Source: Octopus sinensis (lineage: Eukaryota). Taken from it: DNA of 64,000 bases. The stretch spans positions 46,748,001 through 46,812,000 of the forward strand of contig NC_043010.1 in the NCBI RefSeq assembly GCF_006345805.1, written 5' to 3'. The notes under the pieces are model-generated. The model had not been told where the DNA came from. It did not search any database and saw only the letters and a program-made list of their open reading frames with translations. A program made the translations under genes and the position numbers. Below, piece by piece: positions 39,329 through 52,727 of this stretch (positions within the stretch are counted from its first letter, which is position 1; each line of letters begins with the position of its first letter).

Positions 39329-41339
39329 AACTATTTATGAGGAGTTTGTAAATCAAGATTCCAAAATACAGTTTCAGTTTTATATCAATTATTACTGGAG
39401 TGACAATATATGGATCACTTCACCATCAATGGATGGTTCAACTTGGATACTTAGAGAAAGAATATAGCTCATAATTCACATACTTGTCATCGTCATATAT
39501 CACATGCCCTGTAGCACATTGAATACACTACAATGGAAGTCTTCCTGATTAAGAGCGATTTCTCCAGCTGCCTTGCCATTCTTGCCCAGCCATCTTGTGA
39601 CATTGTCCATCCACTGCATTTTTTTGGTCTGCTTCTTGATCAACTACTTTATACTCTTCTTTCCATGATAATGCTTTCCAGACCTCAGCTTCTTTGAATA
39701 TGGCCATAATAGATGAGCTTTCAATATTCACACACACACACACACAAGCGCACCCGCGCACGTGTACACACACACACATACACACAATCTGGTTGGCATA
39801 CAGAGAGATAAAAAAGACAGGTGTACAAACAAAAAGAAAGAGCACCCAACATGTTTCCTAGAGTTTATATTTATTTGTGTTAGCAGTTTTCGTCACTTCT
39901 GTACAGCTTTTAAGTAATGTGATTCTGAGTCAAACAGTTAACATGAATGAATTAATGAATGTATGAATGAATGAGAGAGAGAGAGTGTGTGTGTGTGTGT
40001 GTGTATGTATGCACATATATATCTTTGTGTGTCTCTACATATGTACATATGCATATTTGTGTATGTGTGAGTTTGTGTGTTATATAAAACAAAAATTAGC
40101 TGAAAGAAATAACACAGTATCCAGTGGTATGAATTTGGACAACCAAACTAAATACAAAATAAATTCTTGATTTATTGAAATTGTTTTTGCTTCAAGAGAA
40201 GGTAAACAAACACCTAGTAGCAATTACCAGTGACTCTGCAGGAGATTGGAGATAATCTCAAGTAATCAACAATTTTGATTAAGCATGCATTATCTCACAA
40301 GTTTGAGATTTCGATAATGTGACTGTTTATTTTTACACTGACATTGAAGGGTAAGTGTGAAAGGCAAGTCTTAATGTAAAACAGGAAGAATATTTTGGCC
40401 AGATATAACTAATTTAAATGCTAAAGGGTTAAGGAAAAGAGTCTTTTTCCTGAAGACAAAAGAATGTTTTTGTTGTCCAAATTCATGCCATAGACCACTC
40501 TAAATTGTTTCTATTAGCTCATTCTCATTCTAATTATGCAAATTACTCTAAGCAATAAATGTTCTCAGTTCTTTGTATACGTATCTTATGTCTGGCAGGA
40601 GTCAAGATAGGACAACTGCCATGCTGATGATACCTATTGAAGTAAAAGCACATGTTCATAGCTGTCCTCTTGTCTCTAGGAAAAAACAGTCTCTTCCTTA
40701 ATGGCAAGTTAATTCCAGAGACTCAATGATTACTTTATGTAGTCTCTCTTTCGTGCCTTTCCCAAACTGATTTGTTCTTGTTAACATTGGAAGACATTTT
40801 CAGTAAGTGATAAACAATAAATCACCATCATCAGCATCATATTAACGTCCACTTTTCCATGCTTGCATGGGTCAGATAGAGTTTATTGAGGTACGTTTCC
40901 TATGGCCAGACATCATTCTTGTCGCCAACCCTCACCTGCTTCCAAGCCAGGTAATATTCCCCATGGCCAGACATGTTCTTATAGAGTATGGAAATGACTG
41001 ACCCTGCATGTATGACAGTGACAACCATTTTACAGCTTTACAATAACAAGACAATAAGTCAAAAATATACACACACTCACACAGATACTGGGTGAGCCAA
41101 AAGTTATGCATCAAAACATTTGCTGTTTTATTTATATTACATTTATTATTATTATTATTATTATTTATTTTGTTCATCAAGTAGAATTACATGTGCATTC
41201 ATCATTATTTTATGCAGAAAAATTGAAACATCTTTGACAATTCCAGAGTGTACTGGACTTATTTTGTGCATGACTTTTGACCCACCCTATTTAGGTATAC
41301 ACACACACACACACACAACAACAACAACAACAACAACAG

Positions 41340-41366
<27 letters not shown>

Positions 41367-41371
<5 letters not shown>

Positions 41372-42035
41372 GGTGCGATGGGTAAATTGTCACCATTTTA
41401 TATTTTTAATTTCCCACAACTGCATTGTTTGTTTTTGATTTTGTCAACTAACAGTATGGTAAGGTCAGTTAGGTACCATCTGTAAGAAAAACAGCCCCAT
41501 GACACAATTCCTCAGCCAGAAATTTGGAAAGGACATGCTGTGCTGCTTGGCATTCATGCCAGAAGCTCCAAACATTTCAGAGTGTTTGAGTGTCAATCTG
41601 AGGAAATGTACCGAGAGTGATAAAAATCAAACATCCAGTCAACATCATGGTGTTTGGAGTGATCGCTAGTGATAGCAATGTTATGCCTCTGTTCTTCTTC
41701 CCACATGGCCTCTTCCCACATGGCCTCATTCAACACAGAGGCCCACAGCAAGTGCCTGGAGGAGGTGGTACTGCCCAGGGTTAAAAGGGTGGCTGCTGGA
41801 AGACCCTTTGTCTGGCAACAGGACTCTGCACCATACCACATAAGCAGAAGAACCCAATCATGGCTGTCAGATAATTTCTGCGACCACATCACCCCTAACA
41901 TCTGGCCACCTAACTCCCCAGACTGCAACCCCCTTGATAATGTGTGGGGCGTAGTTGAGCAAGAGAGCAACAAAATTCTTTGTAACACCAAAGATGAACT
42001 GAAGGCAAGGATTATGGCAGCATTCACCAAACTCT
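41367..42035 (+). mobile_element. Tc1/mariner-superfamily transposon fragment
   Basis: Terminus TA-CACAGGGTG after a TA run. Transposase motifs WQQDSAPYH and WPPNSPDCNPLDNVWG. Confidence 0.88.
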
Positions 42036-42310
42036 CTCTCTATATAAAATTCTTTGTCTCTCTATCTGTTTGTTTCCTATATATTCTCAAATGGTTCGAC
42101 CAAATCAAATCAAATTTTACAAGATAATAGTATTAGACCATGCTAGTGTCAACATGTAATTTTTATTTTCATTTGGATTAAAACAATATAACTTTTTATA
42201 GTCAACTATAGTAAAGGACATTTTATACCACCACTACCACCATCACAACATAACATTTTGTATATGAGTGTTGGTGTGTTTGCATGTTCATTATGTACAT
42301 TAGGTACATG

Positions 42311-42727
42311 GGTAGTCACTGTTATTTCCTATTTGCTTACTGCTAGAAAGTATGAAAAATAGCTAATATTTTCTTCAAACTTTGCTTTTGTTACATTTAT
42401 TCAAACACCAAAAAATCCCTTTCAACACATGGCTATGATGCTCCCCCACTATTTACAATCAGAACTGAACATATTGTCAGCCACTAAGAGACATGATCAA
42501 GTGCTAAAGGTCAAGCAACTGGCAAGCAAATCTGTGGTATTGAGCAGAATATTTGCTATAATGTTTCTGCTTCAGCAACTCAGTGCTGAATCTGTCTGAA
42601 ATGAAATGGAAAATTGGTCAGTTTCAAAACATTGATGTCCGGGACACAAAAGCAAAATTTGAAGGGAATAGTAGTCATCTCCTTTGATTTTTAGATAGAA
42701 GCAAATAGGAAATAACACTTACTGACC
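42311..42727. mobile_element. MITE with about 75-bp imperfect TIRs
   Basis: TGTTATTTCCTATTTGCTT and TTCAAACTTTGCTTTTGT on the left are mirrored by ACAAAAGCAAAATTTGAA and AAGCAAATAGGAAATAACA on the right. Confidence 0.7.
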
Positions 42728-44129
42728 AAAGACAAAACAATAAAATTAAAACTTTGTTACACAGTGTAATCAGAAGTGTTCCACCCAAGATCACTCTTCC
42801 ATTTCAGTATCTTGTTGTTGTTATTGCTGCTGTTAATGGTGGTAATGGGATCATCATCATCATCATCATCACTATCGTTATTATTATTGTTGTCAATAAC
42901 CAGTAACAATGGTGATGGTGGTAGTGATTTTTGAAATGTTTTGAAATAGTATCTAATAAAAAAACTGGAGTTGGATCAAGCTCTAATGACAATAAACTTA
43001 CAACCCCACCTGTCTCTCTCTCTCTCCCTCTCTCTATCTCTTTCACTCTCTCTCTCTCTCTCTCACACCATGTGTTTATGTTGTGTGTGTGTGTGTGTGT
43101 GTAGCTATTTATCATGGCCATCACCAATAAAGTACAAAGTAGTTCACAGGACTTGCTCCTTCACTCTGGCAAGTTACCACTCACACTACTCTAACAGTAA
43201 ATCAATTATAAAAAAAGGTTGCAGGGAATTTTCAATGATGCCAGCCTATTTGAGAAGCTTTGAAGCTCTACGTGCAAAAATACTCACATCTTTCAAGAAC
43301 TAACAAGTATTAGTAGATATTTCCAGCAGTGTGTCAGAAAAATATGTGAAGCCACTAATTGAAGCAAACACATACACACACTTACATATATTGCCCAGCA
43401 TACACACACATGCAGACAGACATATAATATATTTGCACATACATGTATACACACATACATAAGTATATACACACATACACATACATAAGCATATACATGA
43501 ATCTATACCAATATATTTGTGTTTGTATGTGTGCATATTTATGTGTATATATATCGTGTATATATACATATACATTATACATATTTATAACGTGGTGCTT
43601 CAGCATGGCCACAGTCAAATGACTGAAACAAATAAAAGAATATGCATGCATATATATGTGCATATATAATGCACACACACATATAAAGTTCAATGCCTTA
43701 GAGATGAGTACTTTATCTCATTGAGCATGAAACTTCTTATTGTGAGGCATTGTACTTTCCAACATTCCCAATACTAAGTGTGTGTGTAATATTTATCTAT
43801 TACTATAATAAAACACTAAGTGTGTCCCTGTTGGTCACATTGTACACTGTAGGGAAAGAAGAGTAAAACAACAGACAAAGTGGGAGTGAGTGGCAGTGAG
43901 AGATACTAAAGCAAGCAGAATTTAAAGATTTTGCTCTGAAGATGGCTAGGGAAAGAAGAATAAGACAACAAATGGAGGGACAGTGACTGACAGTCAGAGG
44001 CGGTGAACTGTATTGAGCTCTGAATTCACCAGTATTTTAATGAAAATGAAATTAAATATTTATTGTAAATTATATTTATCAATTTTACACACACACAGAG
44101 AAGTGTTGCAAAAAAAAAAAAAAGAAATA

Positions 44130-44460
44130 TAACATGTGGCTTCATTGACCGAGGTTACCGTGGTCTTTTCCGTAGGCTTTTCTTTCCACGGGTAAACCTC
44201 ACCTGTCCTCCCCTTTACACTTCATATTGACATTTCTGTGATTACGATCCCTATTGATCAATTTTTTTTTCCTCTCCCCTTTTCTTTTTTTCCTCTCCCC
44301 CCCTTTTTTTAAAATCCTCCCCTTTTTTGTCCTCTTTCTTTCCTTTTACGATCCCTTTTGATCGAAAACCAACCGCCTCTTTTTTACCCCAAAAGAAAAG
44401 CTCTACCTTGTAATTTGTTCTGTCTGTGTGCAGCCCTGTGTGGCTAATAAAGAAACATAT
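44130..44460 (+). mobile_element. Non-LTR retroelement 3' UTR-like fragment
   Basis: Imperfect hairpin GAGGTTACCGTGG/CCACGGGTAAACCTC, pyrimidine tract, and end CAGCCCTGTGTGGCTAATAAAGAAA resembling the SINE tail at 52728-52790. Confidence 0.4.
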
Positions 44461-44462
44461 CT

Positions 44463-44860
44463 ATTACTTTAACTTCATCCCACAGGGGGAGGTGGTCTCC
44501 ATTTTTCAATACATGATCAGCTATACCTGATTTATCAATATTTCTTGTGTCACAGCTTTTCGTCTAGCCTTATTTTGAGGGCGCGGGATATTTCGCCTTT
44601 ATATAACCTACCACATCTGCATGGGATGGAGTACACGCAGTCTTTCGTCATATTCTCTTCTATTGGTAGTTTTACTCAGAGATATAATTATTGCTAATAT
44701 ACACTCCAGATAATATTACCATCCCGTGAAGTGAACACTGAATCATCCACTGGAGGAATTTAGAGTGTGAGTGACAACTCTTAGTAGCCTTAACCTGGGA
44801 CACAACTGAGAGGTACCCCGATATCCACCCAGATAATATATCCCTCTAAACTCACACATT
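44463..44860 (-). mobile_element. Penelope-like element fragment, GIY-YIG endonuclease
   Basis: Minus-strand translation VKLPIEENMTKDCVYSIPCRCGRLYKGEISRALKIRLDE, then after a frameshift IDKSGIADHVLKNGDHLPLWDEVKVID. This is the typical PLE GIY-YIG signature (VY-IPC-CG--Y-GET-R-L--R--EH). Confidence 0.8.
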
Positions 44861-46439
44861 CACATCCACACATCTACCAAATCCACACATCTACCAAATC
44901 CACTCACAAGGTTTTTAGTTGGCCTGAGGCCATAGTAGAAAATATTTGCCCAAGGTGCCACATAGTGAGACTGAGTCCAGAACCATGTAGTTGGGAAGCA
45001 AGCTTCTTAACACACCTACAGCCATTATTTTTACATATACCATGGTCAAGCTTGTAGTGGAGGATTTCATAGACAGAATCATGATTAATTTGTAGATTAT
45101 TTGTCATTTCAGGACCATGAATCAGACTCATTCAGTGCAGTGATCAGCACAGAAAAATAATCAAGCAAGTCTCCTTCTCAGTATGTGACACATATGCAAC
45201 CCATTTTGAAGTTTTCAATCTAATCATAGAAATTCAATTAGCAACAAACTCTTCCCATATTGTGGTGAAAACCTTCAATGCATTTCATCTGCAGATACAC
45301 TTTCAGTAACACAGAAAATGGATTACTACTCTTCTTTTGAATAAACAGAAAATTAATTGATTATGGTGAGTGCAATAATAACAACTTAAATTCAAACCTG
45401 AACTGTAGTGACTGAAAGAAAACCATGTATAATAATGCTTGCATAAATAATTTTCCCACCAACAGGAAAACAGTTATAAGTGCATTGTGGTGTGCACTGT
45501 GGATAATTAATTACTTGCCCTCATTTATACACACATACCTGCCTGAACCAACCAACCAACCAACCCATCTGCCTGCACATCTACCTGCCTACCTACATAC
45601 ATACAACACTTAATACATATTAGGGATAAAGCAGCGAGCTAGCAGAAACATTAGCACACCAGGCAAGATGCTTAGCAGTATTTTGTTTGTCTTTACATTC
45701 TGAGTTCAAATTCCGCTGAGGTCGACTTTGCCTTTCATCCTTTCAGGGTCGATAAATTAAGTACCAGTTGTGTACTGGGGTCGATCTAATCGACTGGCCC
45801 CCTCCCCCAAAACGTCAGGCCTTGTGCCTAAAGTATAAAAGAATGCATATTAGGGAAATTAAATATTTGTATTAACTTTATGATTCAGACTAGTAAATTT
45901 GAATCAAAGAGAGGGCATCCAACCATAAAATGCTACTTCAACCAAGTCCCTGTCCAATCGGTGCTAGCATGGAAAATGGATGTTAAATAAATGAATGGAT
46001 GAATAAATTAACTATATCATCACCATCATCATTTTGGCATCCACTTTTCCATGTTTGCATGGATCAGACAGAAACTACTGAGGCAGATTTTCAATGGCCA
46101 GGTACCCTTCCTGTCACCAATCCTCACCTGTGTCCAAGCAAGGTAATATTTTCCCATAGTCAGACAAGTTTCTCATGGAAGACTAAAAATGAACAAGATC
46201 ACTTGTAAGATGGTGATGCTTATTTACAGCCATCGTGTGATGTCGAGGCAAGAGTATACACACATGTATATCTATATACTAGCAGGATACTCATCACAAG
46301 AACTAGATGTCTCCCTTTTTAGTAATTCTAAATGTTCTTGCTTTAAGTCTTATCTCATTTTCTCCTTTTGTTTCATTTTTACATTCATTTTATTTTATAT
46401 TTACTTCCACTTTTCTTATTATTCTGACTCACTTTATTT

Positions 46440-46481
<42 letters not shown>

Positions 46482-48882
46482 ACTCTCTTTGGACATAGAC
46501 AGACAGATACACAGTTGGACAGACGTTCAGACAGGCAGACAGACAGACACTTCCCTCTTTTTTTTTTGTCACACTGAAAATCTGCCTTTACATCTTCCTT
46601 CCATATCCCAGCATTTTGCCTCTTCCCCATATACACAAACATTATCATATTACTTCTCTAATTCTACCATTCTATTGTACAGAACTAGCTTTCTACTTTC
46701 CACAACTCTTTTCCTAAACTATATCTTCTTCTCTCAGACTTTCACTCATCTCTCTCTCTCTCTCTCCTTATATTTCATTATTTGCTCACATGACTACTTG
46801 TCTCATTTGCTACTGACTTTCCCCACTCACTCTGTTTATTTCTCACCTCTCTATGTATCTATCTAATCTACCTCTTATTTAAAAACATTCTTTTTCTATC
46901 TTCTAACTTTCTCACCAGAGCCACTGCTTCCTCTCTCTATGTTTATAAAACCTGATTGAAAGAGTGAAACTAAACAACAAAAAAAGATGGAGATATGATT
47001 TAGTGTTATATATATATATATATATATATATATGGAGAGAGAGACAGAGAGAGACAGAGAGAGACAGAGAGAGAAGATAATGAGAAAGTGAAAAGCTGAA
47101 ATTATAAACATGCAACTAGTGAACCATCATTACTTCAATGGGAGCCAGGGTGGAACTGACAGCCAAAGAGAATGAGAATGGTTGCTGTCAGGTGTAATGT
47201 AATTTCTCCTCCAGTTTTCATTCATTTCTGCATGGTTGCCATCGACTCATGTATAAGAGGTCTAAGATGCCGCACTGTTATTTACAATGGTAATAATATA
47301 ACAATTAATTCTTGGATCGGTTTTCAAGAAAATATGCTATTCTCTAATTGTAAAGTTTCCTTTGCTGTCTTTTCTAGGTATAAGTAGGCCACAGAAATCT
47401 GATTGCATCATCAGGAGATAATAGTTGAGTTTTAATGACTGGCTGGTGTGAGGGGGATGAATGATCATTGTCAGTGTTGTAAAATGTGTGGAAGGATGGT
47501 GTCACATTCGCAGTCACTGGATTCTGGGTTTATATGTTCTTTCCCTGAAAGACACCTTTTTTCACAGAGCATAGTTATTTGACTCAGTTTGTCTTAATAA
47601 AACCCTGACAAACAGACATACAGATAGACAAACTGAAAACAGCAAAATTTTTAAAAAAACAAGAGGAAAAAAAAGAAAGATTGTGAGTGTGTAGGTGTGT
47701 GATGCATGAGTGAATGTGCATTTGTATGTAGATGAGTGCATGTATATCTTTGTGTCTTCACAGAAGTAGATGTTTATGTTTGTATGGATGTGCTGTTAGG
47801 GTAGTCCCAGTTAGAATGTTTTTGAGTATGGATTTGGACAATAAGAGTTGTCTACTATTTGTGTATGTTCATATATGCGACAAAGTCATGAAGGCGATCT
47901 CAAAACACAGTCATACAAAGGAGATGACAAAAGACCAATATATCTGGCACCTTGCTGTACTCAAGAAGACCCATCTGTCACAGTAGAATTGATACTGGTG
48001 CTGGTGCCACATAAAAAGTACTGGTACTATATAAAAAGCACTGGTGCTGGTGTTACATTAAAAGCACGGGTGCCGGTGTCACATAAAAAGCACCAAGTAC
48101 ACTTTATGCAGTGGTTGGTCTTAGAAAAAGCATCCAACCATAGAAACCATTCCAGAACAGACAATGGACCCTGGTGTGGCCGCTGGCCTTGCTATAGTCA
48201 AACCATCCAATCCATACCAGCATAGAAAACGGACATTAAATGATAGTTATGATGTGCGTGTATGTGCTTGTGTGTGTGCTTGTGTGTGTGCATGTAACAT
48301 CATCATCATTGTTTAACATCCATCTTCCACGCATGCATAAGTAGGATGGTATATAGGAGCCAGCCAGGTAGAAGACTACCCAAGGCTATTGTGTCTGTTT
48401 TGGCAGGGTTTTTACAGCTGGATACTCTTCCAAATGCCAACCACTTTACAGTGTGGACTGGATGCTTTTTACATGGAACCAGTACCAACATTGTCACCAA
48501 GTAACTTGCAAGACAAGGTATTTTGAGAGGGGTGGGGGATTTTGGAGGAGGACATCTTGTGTCAGATGATGAAACGTTAGAATGTGACAGAAAAATAGAG
48601 AGGCATAAATAGGTATCTTGCTATAGAAGAGGTACATGGTTACCCAGAGAGAGGGGGGGAAGGAGAGAGAAAGATAGGGAAAGAGAGTGAAAAGAAGAGA
48701 GAGGGGAGAGGTACAAGAAAGAGGACAGAAACAGGTGTGCTGATGTAAAGGAGATACTTGGTTACCTAGCCAGAGGGGGAAAACAAAAGAAGGAGAGGGT
48801 GAGTGATCAAGAATGAGTGTAAAAACAGGTGTACTACTGCAGAGGAGATACATGGCTACCTAGCCAGAAGGAAGAGTAAGAG

Positions 48883-48918
<36 letters not shown>

Positions 48919-49399
48919 GGAAACAACAGGAGAGAGATGGTGATGAAGTGCCAGGGTATACACACAAGTAACAAGGATCAGAGCACAGATGTGATGGTAA
49001 AGTAAGGAAGAGAGGGATAAATGGTGGCAATTGCCAGGGCATGCCCTCAAGGTACGGAGGTCATAATATATGCAGCAGCCAAGTATTACCAAGAAGGCAC
49101 GAGTAGGGAATGGGGATTGCAGTGACTGGCGAAACCTGCGTATAAAGATGGAGTAAGGGAAAGGAGTGATACAGTGAGAAGGGCAGTGAGAGCAAGGTAG
49201 GAAGGTGGTTGACACTCATAGTGTATGAAGAGAAAATGTGAGGAAGAGAAAAATGCAGTTTAGAAGAGGAGATGTAGTTCAGTTTTTGGGGGTAGGGTGT
49301 GAGGAAAGTTTGTTACTTGTGGGTGGGACACAACACTTCTAGCACTCAGTTTGACACTGACGTGGGTGGGTCTTCTCTAAAACCTTATATTGCCAAACA

Positions 49400-49845
49400 T
49401 CTTAGTCCATTGTTATTTCCTCTGTGAGCCCTAACATCCTGAGATCAGTCCTCACCACTTCATCCCATGTCTTCCAAGGTCTCCCTCTTCCACAGGTACC
49501 ATCCACTTTCAATGATAGATACTTCTGTATACAGCTGTCTTCATTTATACGCATCACATGTCCAAACCAATGCATTCTCCTCTCCTGCATGCCACATTTA
49601 ATTCCTCTTATGTCTAACTTTTCGCCCAAACCAGTTACACTTTGTCGGTCATGCACACTGATGTTGCAAATCCAATGGAGCATACTACCTTCATTCCTCT
49701 CCAGTCTACACATGCCCTCCACATTCAGAGCCCATATCTCACTACCATGGAATTTAGCCGTTTGTACACAAGCATCATACAATCTACCATTCACTCTGAG
49801 AGAGAGCTCTTTTGTTGCCAACAGAGGTAATAGCTCTCTGAACTT
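49400..49845 (-). mobile_element. RTE-clade LINE 3' ORF2 fragment
   Basis: ORF 49402-49821: LSLRVNGRLYDACV...WFGHVMR...GRGRPWKTWDEVV, homologous to 14540-14900. Confidence 0.9.
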
Positions 49846-50125
49846 CCTCCATCATATTCTTATTCTTATTCTAGAAACAGTAGCATGCTGGGCAAAATGC
49901 TTAGCAGTAGTTCGTCTGTCTTTACATTCTGAGTACAAATTCTGTCCACCTGGTTAACAATATATTTACATATATACTAAATCATACATGTCATAGCATT
50001 ACTATATGTTTTAAAAGAAAGCAATACAAGCCAATGAAAGAGAAGGTAAGCTCTACAAAATCAGTCAAACTACCAGGTAAAACAACAGCAAAATCACCCT
50101 CAAACGACATTAAACCTTTAAAATT

Positions 50126-50160
<35 letters not shown>

Positions 50161-50161
<1 letters not shown>

Positions 50162-50375
50162 AGGAGAGTTTACAAAAAAAACAAAAGATGAAGACAAGTG
50201 ATGTACAAAACAAACAGATGTATTAGTATAATGCTCAGGAATAGAAAAAAGTCTTTAATGTTTCGAGCCTACGCTCTTCTACAGAAAGGGACACAGAAAA
50301 AACAAGGAGAGAAACAAGGAAAGAAAAAAAGGAGAGAAAAAAAATGTATGTAGTGGCTGACGATCTATCATGGCG
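50161..50375 (-). mobile_element. PLE-like terminal fragment with minimal type-I hammerhead-like motif (50251-50289)
   Basis: Minus strand reads CCUUU-CUGUAGA-A-GAGC-GUAG-GCUC-GAAAC-AUU-AAAGAC. Clearly homologous to 8227-8435, with a (TA)n tail. Confidence 0.5.
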
Positions 50376-50923
50376 ACCACAACACCAGCACCTGTTCTGG
50401 TAATGTTTTTTCTATATGTCGCTGGCAAGGAGATGAGTTGCTGCTATCTCTAGTGGTCAAGTGGTCATCATTGACAAGACCAAGGAAAGTTGAAATCATG
50501 TGATCTAGTGGTCTTAGCACTGAAGATGGTGGAGACTTATCTCCCTGCTAGCAATATAAACAAGCATGTATTTTGCACCAAAAGCCTATATGAGATTTTC
50601 TCTCATGGTATCTATCACAGTATAGTTTGTTCTAACAGAAGATCCATGTTTAAGCAGAGATAAATATTACCTTTCAGTATTAATACAGCCTCTGTTACTT
50701 ATATAAACTTTTTTAAAACCTTTAAAAGGTAAGAAAACACTGAACAGTGCAATTGTAGATATACAAAAAAGGTGAAACACATTTGTTCATGGGTTGGTTA
50801 AACCAAGGCTGACCTAGGGTTAAAACCAAAGAAGACAATGTTAAAAATACATAAAATTTCAGATAATGAGTATAGAATAAGGGTCAAATTAAAAGAGAAA
50901 CTTCACTTCAAATAGTCTCTTTG

Positions 50924-51127
50924 TACTCTTTTACTCTTCTACTTGTTTCAGTCATTTACTGTGGCCATGCTGGAGCACCACCTTTAGTTGAGCAACTTGA
51001 CCCCGGGTCTTATTCTTTTGTAAGCCCAGTACTTATTCTATCGGTCTCTTTGCCGAACTGCTAAGTAACGGGGACATAAACACACCAGCATCGGTTGCCA
51101 AGCGACATTGGGAGGGGACAAACACAG

Positions 51128-51162
<35 letters not shown>

Positions 51163-51334
51163 CATATATATGACGGGCTTCTTTCAGTTTCCGTCTACCA
51201 AATCCACTCACAAGGCTTTGGTCGGCCCGAGGCTATAGTAGAAGACACTTGCCCAAGGTGCCACGCAGTGGGACTGAACCCGGAACCATGTGGTTCGTAA
51301 ACAAGCTACTTACCACACAGCCACTCCTGCGCCT
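50924..51334 (-). mobile_element. tRNA-headed SINE family A, near-intact copy (inverted relative to 51637-52096)
   Basis: Reverse complement of the same consensus from head to tail. Confidence 0.9.
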
Positions 51335-51636
51335 ATGTATTTAAACTTCTTAATAAAAATATAAACCCACCATTTCAACTGAACAATACTGAATCTACAT
51401 AAAGCATCTCGGATCATTCAAACATAAACATACAAAATACACAGCATTCTCATTTTGAATTATATATTATTAGCAAATGATGTTATATAAACAAGGCCCA
51501 GAAAATACGTAAACAAACTTGAAAATATTGAATGTGAAAATTTTGACTGGAGACAAAAATAAAAGAAAAAAAAGTAAACAAGAAATTAAACACTGGTAAA
51601 AGTTTCAGAACAGTTCTTGGAGGGTGCCATATATAT

Positions 51637-51814
51637 AGGCGCAGGAGTGGCTGTGTGGTAAGTAGCTCGTTTACCAACCACATGGTTCCGGGTTCAGTCC
51701 CACTGCGTGGCACCTTGGGCAAGTGTCTTCTACTATAGCCTCGGGCCGACCAAAGCCTTGTGAGTGGATTCGGTAGACGGAAACTGAAAGAAGCCCATCG
51801 TATATATGTATATA

Positions 51815-51871
<57 letters not shown>

Positions 51872-52096
51872 TGTGTGTGTTTGTGTGTCTGTGTTTGTCC
51901 CCCTAGCATTGCTTGACAACCAATGCTGGTGTGTTATGTCCCCATTACTTAGCGGTTCAGCAAAAGAGACTGATAGAATAAGTACTGGGCTTACAAAAGA
52001 ATAAGTCCCGGGGTCGAGTTGCTCGATTAAAGGCAGTGCTCCAGCATGGCCGCAGTCAAATGACTGAAACAAGTAAAAGAGAGAGAGTAAAGAGTA
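51637..52096 (+). mobile_element. tRNA-headed SINE family A, near-intact copy
   Basis: GGCGCAGGAGTGGCTGTGTGGTAAG head, B-box-like GGTTCAGTCCC, internal TA/TG microsatellite, (AAAGAGT)n-type tail. More than a dozen decayed copies across the window, e.g. about 4290-4750, 5085-5480, 9825-10150, 17790-18265, 18720-19060, 20188-20615, 63265-63650. Confidence 0.9.
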
Positions 52097-52146
52097 TAGC
52101 TACATTTACACTTTATGTTAGGATATAATTTATGTGTTTGACTTAC

Positions 52147-52191
52147 CCTACTTATAGCTGGAGGAAGCGCAAACATCTGGAAGAAGTTCAC
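52147..52191 (-). CDS. ENO4: Probable ENO4 small exon (45 nt, phase 0 to 0)
   Basis: Consensus acceptor ttttctcttcatttcag| and donor AGG|gtaagt. Only phase 0 is open: VNFFQMFALPPAISR, resembling recalled human ENO4 ANCFSKLAKPPTICK. The first coding exon was not found in the window. Confidence 0.6.
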
Positions 52192-52727
52192 CTGAAATGA
52201 AGAGAAAAGTGAAGACAGTCAATAAAGACAGAAGTTATCAAAAGTAGTGGAGAAACAAATGAGATTATGATTGTCTTGCAGTTGAACTTCCTATATTTTT
52301 TCCAGTTTTCTTTTTAACTGCTCTTACATTGCTTATTCCGTGATAACATGGCTTAGATAGTTATGAAAAATTTGGCTATTTATGCCTATGAAGTGTAGAA
52401 AAAAATGGCACCTATTTTTTGCAACTCTATATAATGAAAGCATGTAAATTATTTCAAAAACAAAAAAAATTGCATTTAATTGTTAAACCATACAAATTTT
52501 TCAACATAGCTTCTTCCTGACATTGATCATCACTGCAACACAATATCAAAATTATGCATGTCTGATTAATATTATTAGGGTGGTAGGGTTATTAGGGTGA
52601 GCTGACAGAAACATTAGCATGCTGGGCAAAATGCTTTGCAGTATTTCATCTATCTTTACGTTCAGAGTTCAAATTCTACTGAGGTCAACTTTGCTTTCAT
52701 CCTTTCAGGGTCAATAAATTAAGTACC

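Noticed and set aside
47340-47385. Minus-strand DSKGNFTIRE resembling the enolase DSRGNPT motif
   Set aside because: Immediately followed by a stop, with no splice sites, and lies in decayed LINE-like sequence.
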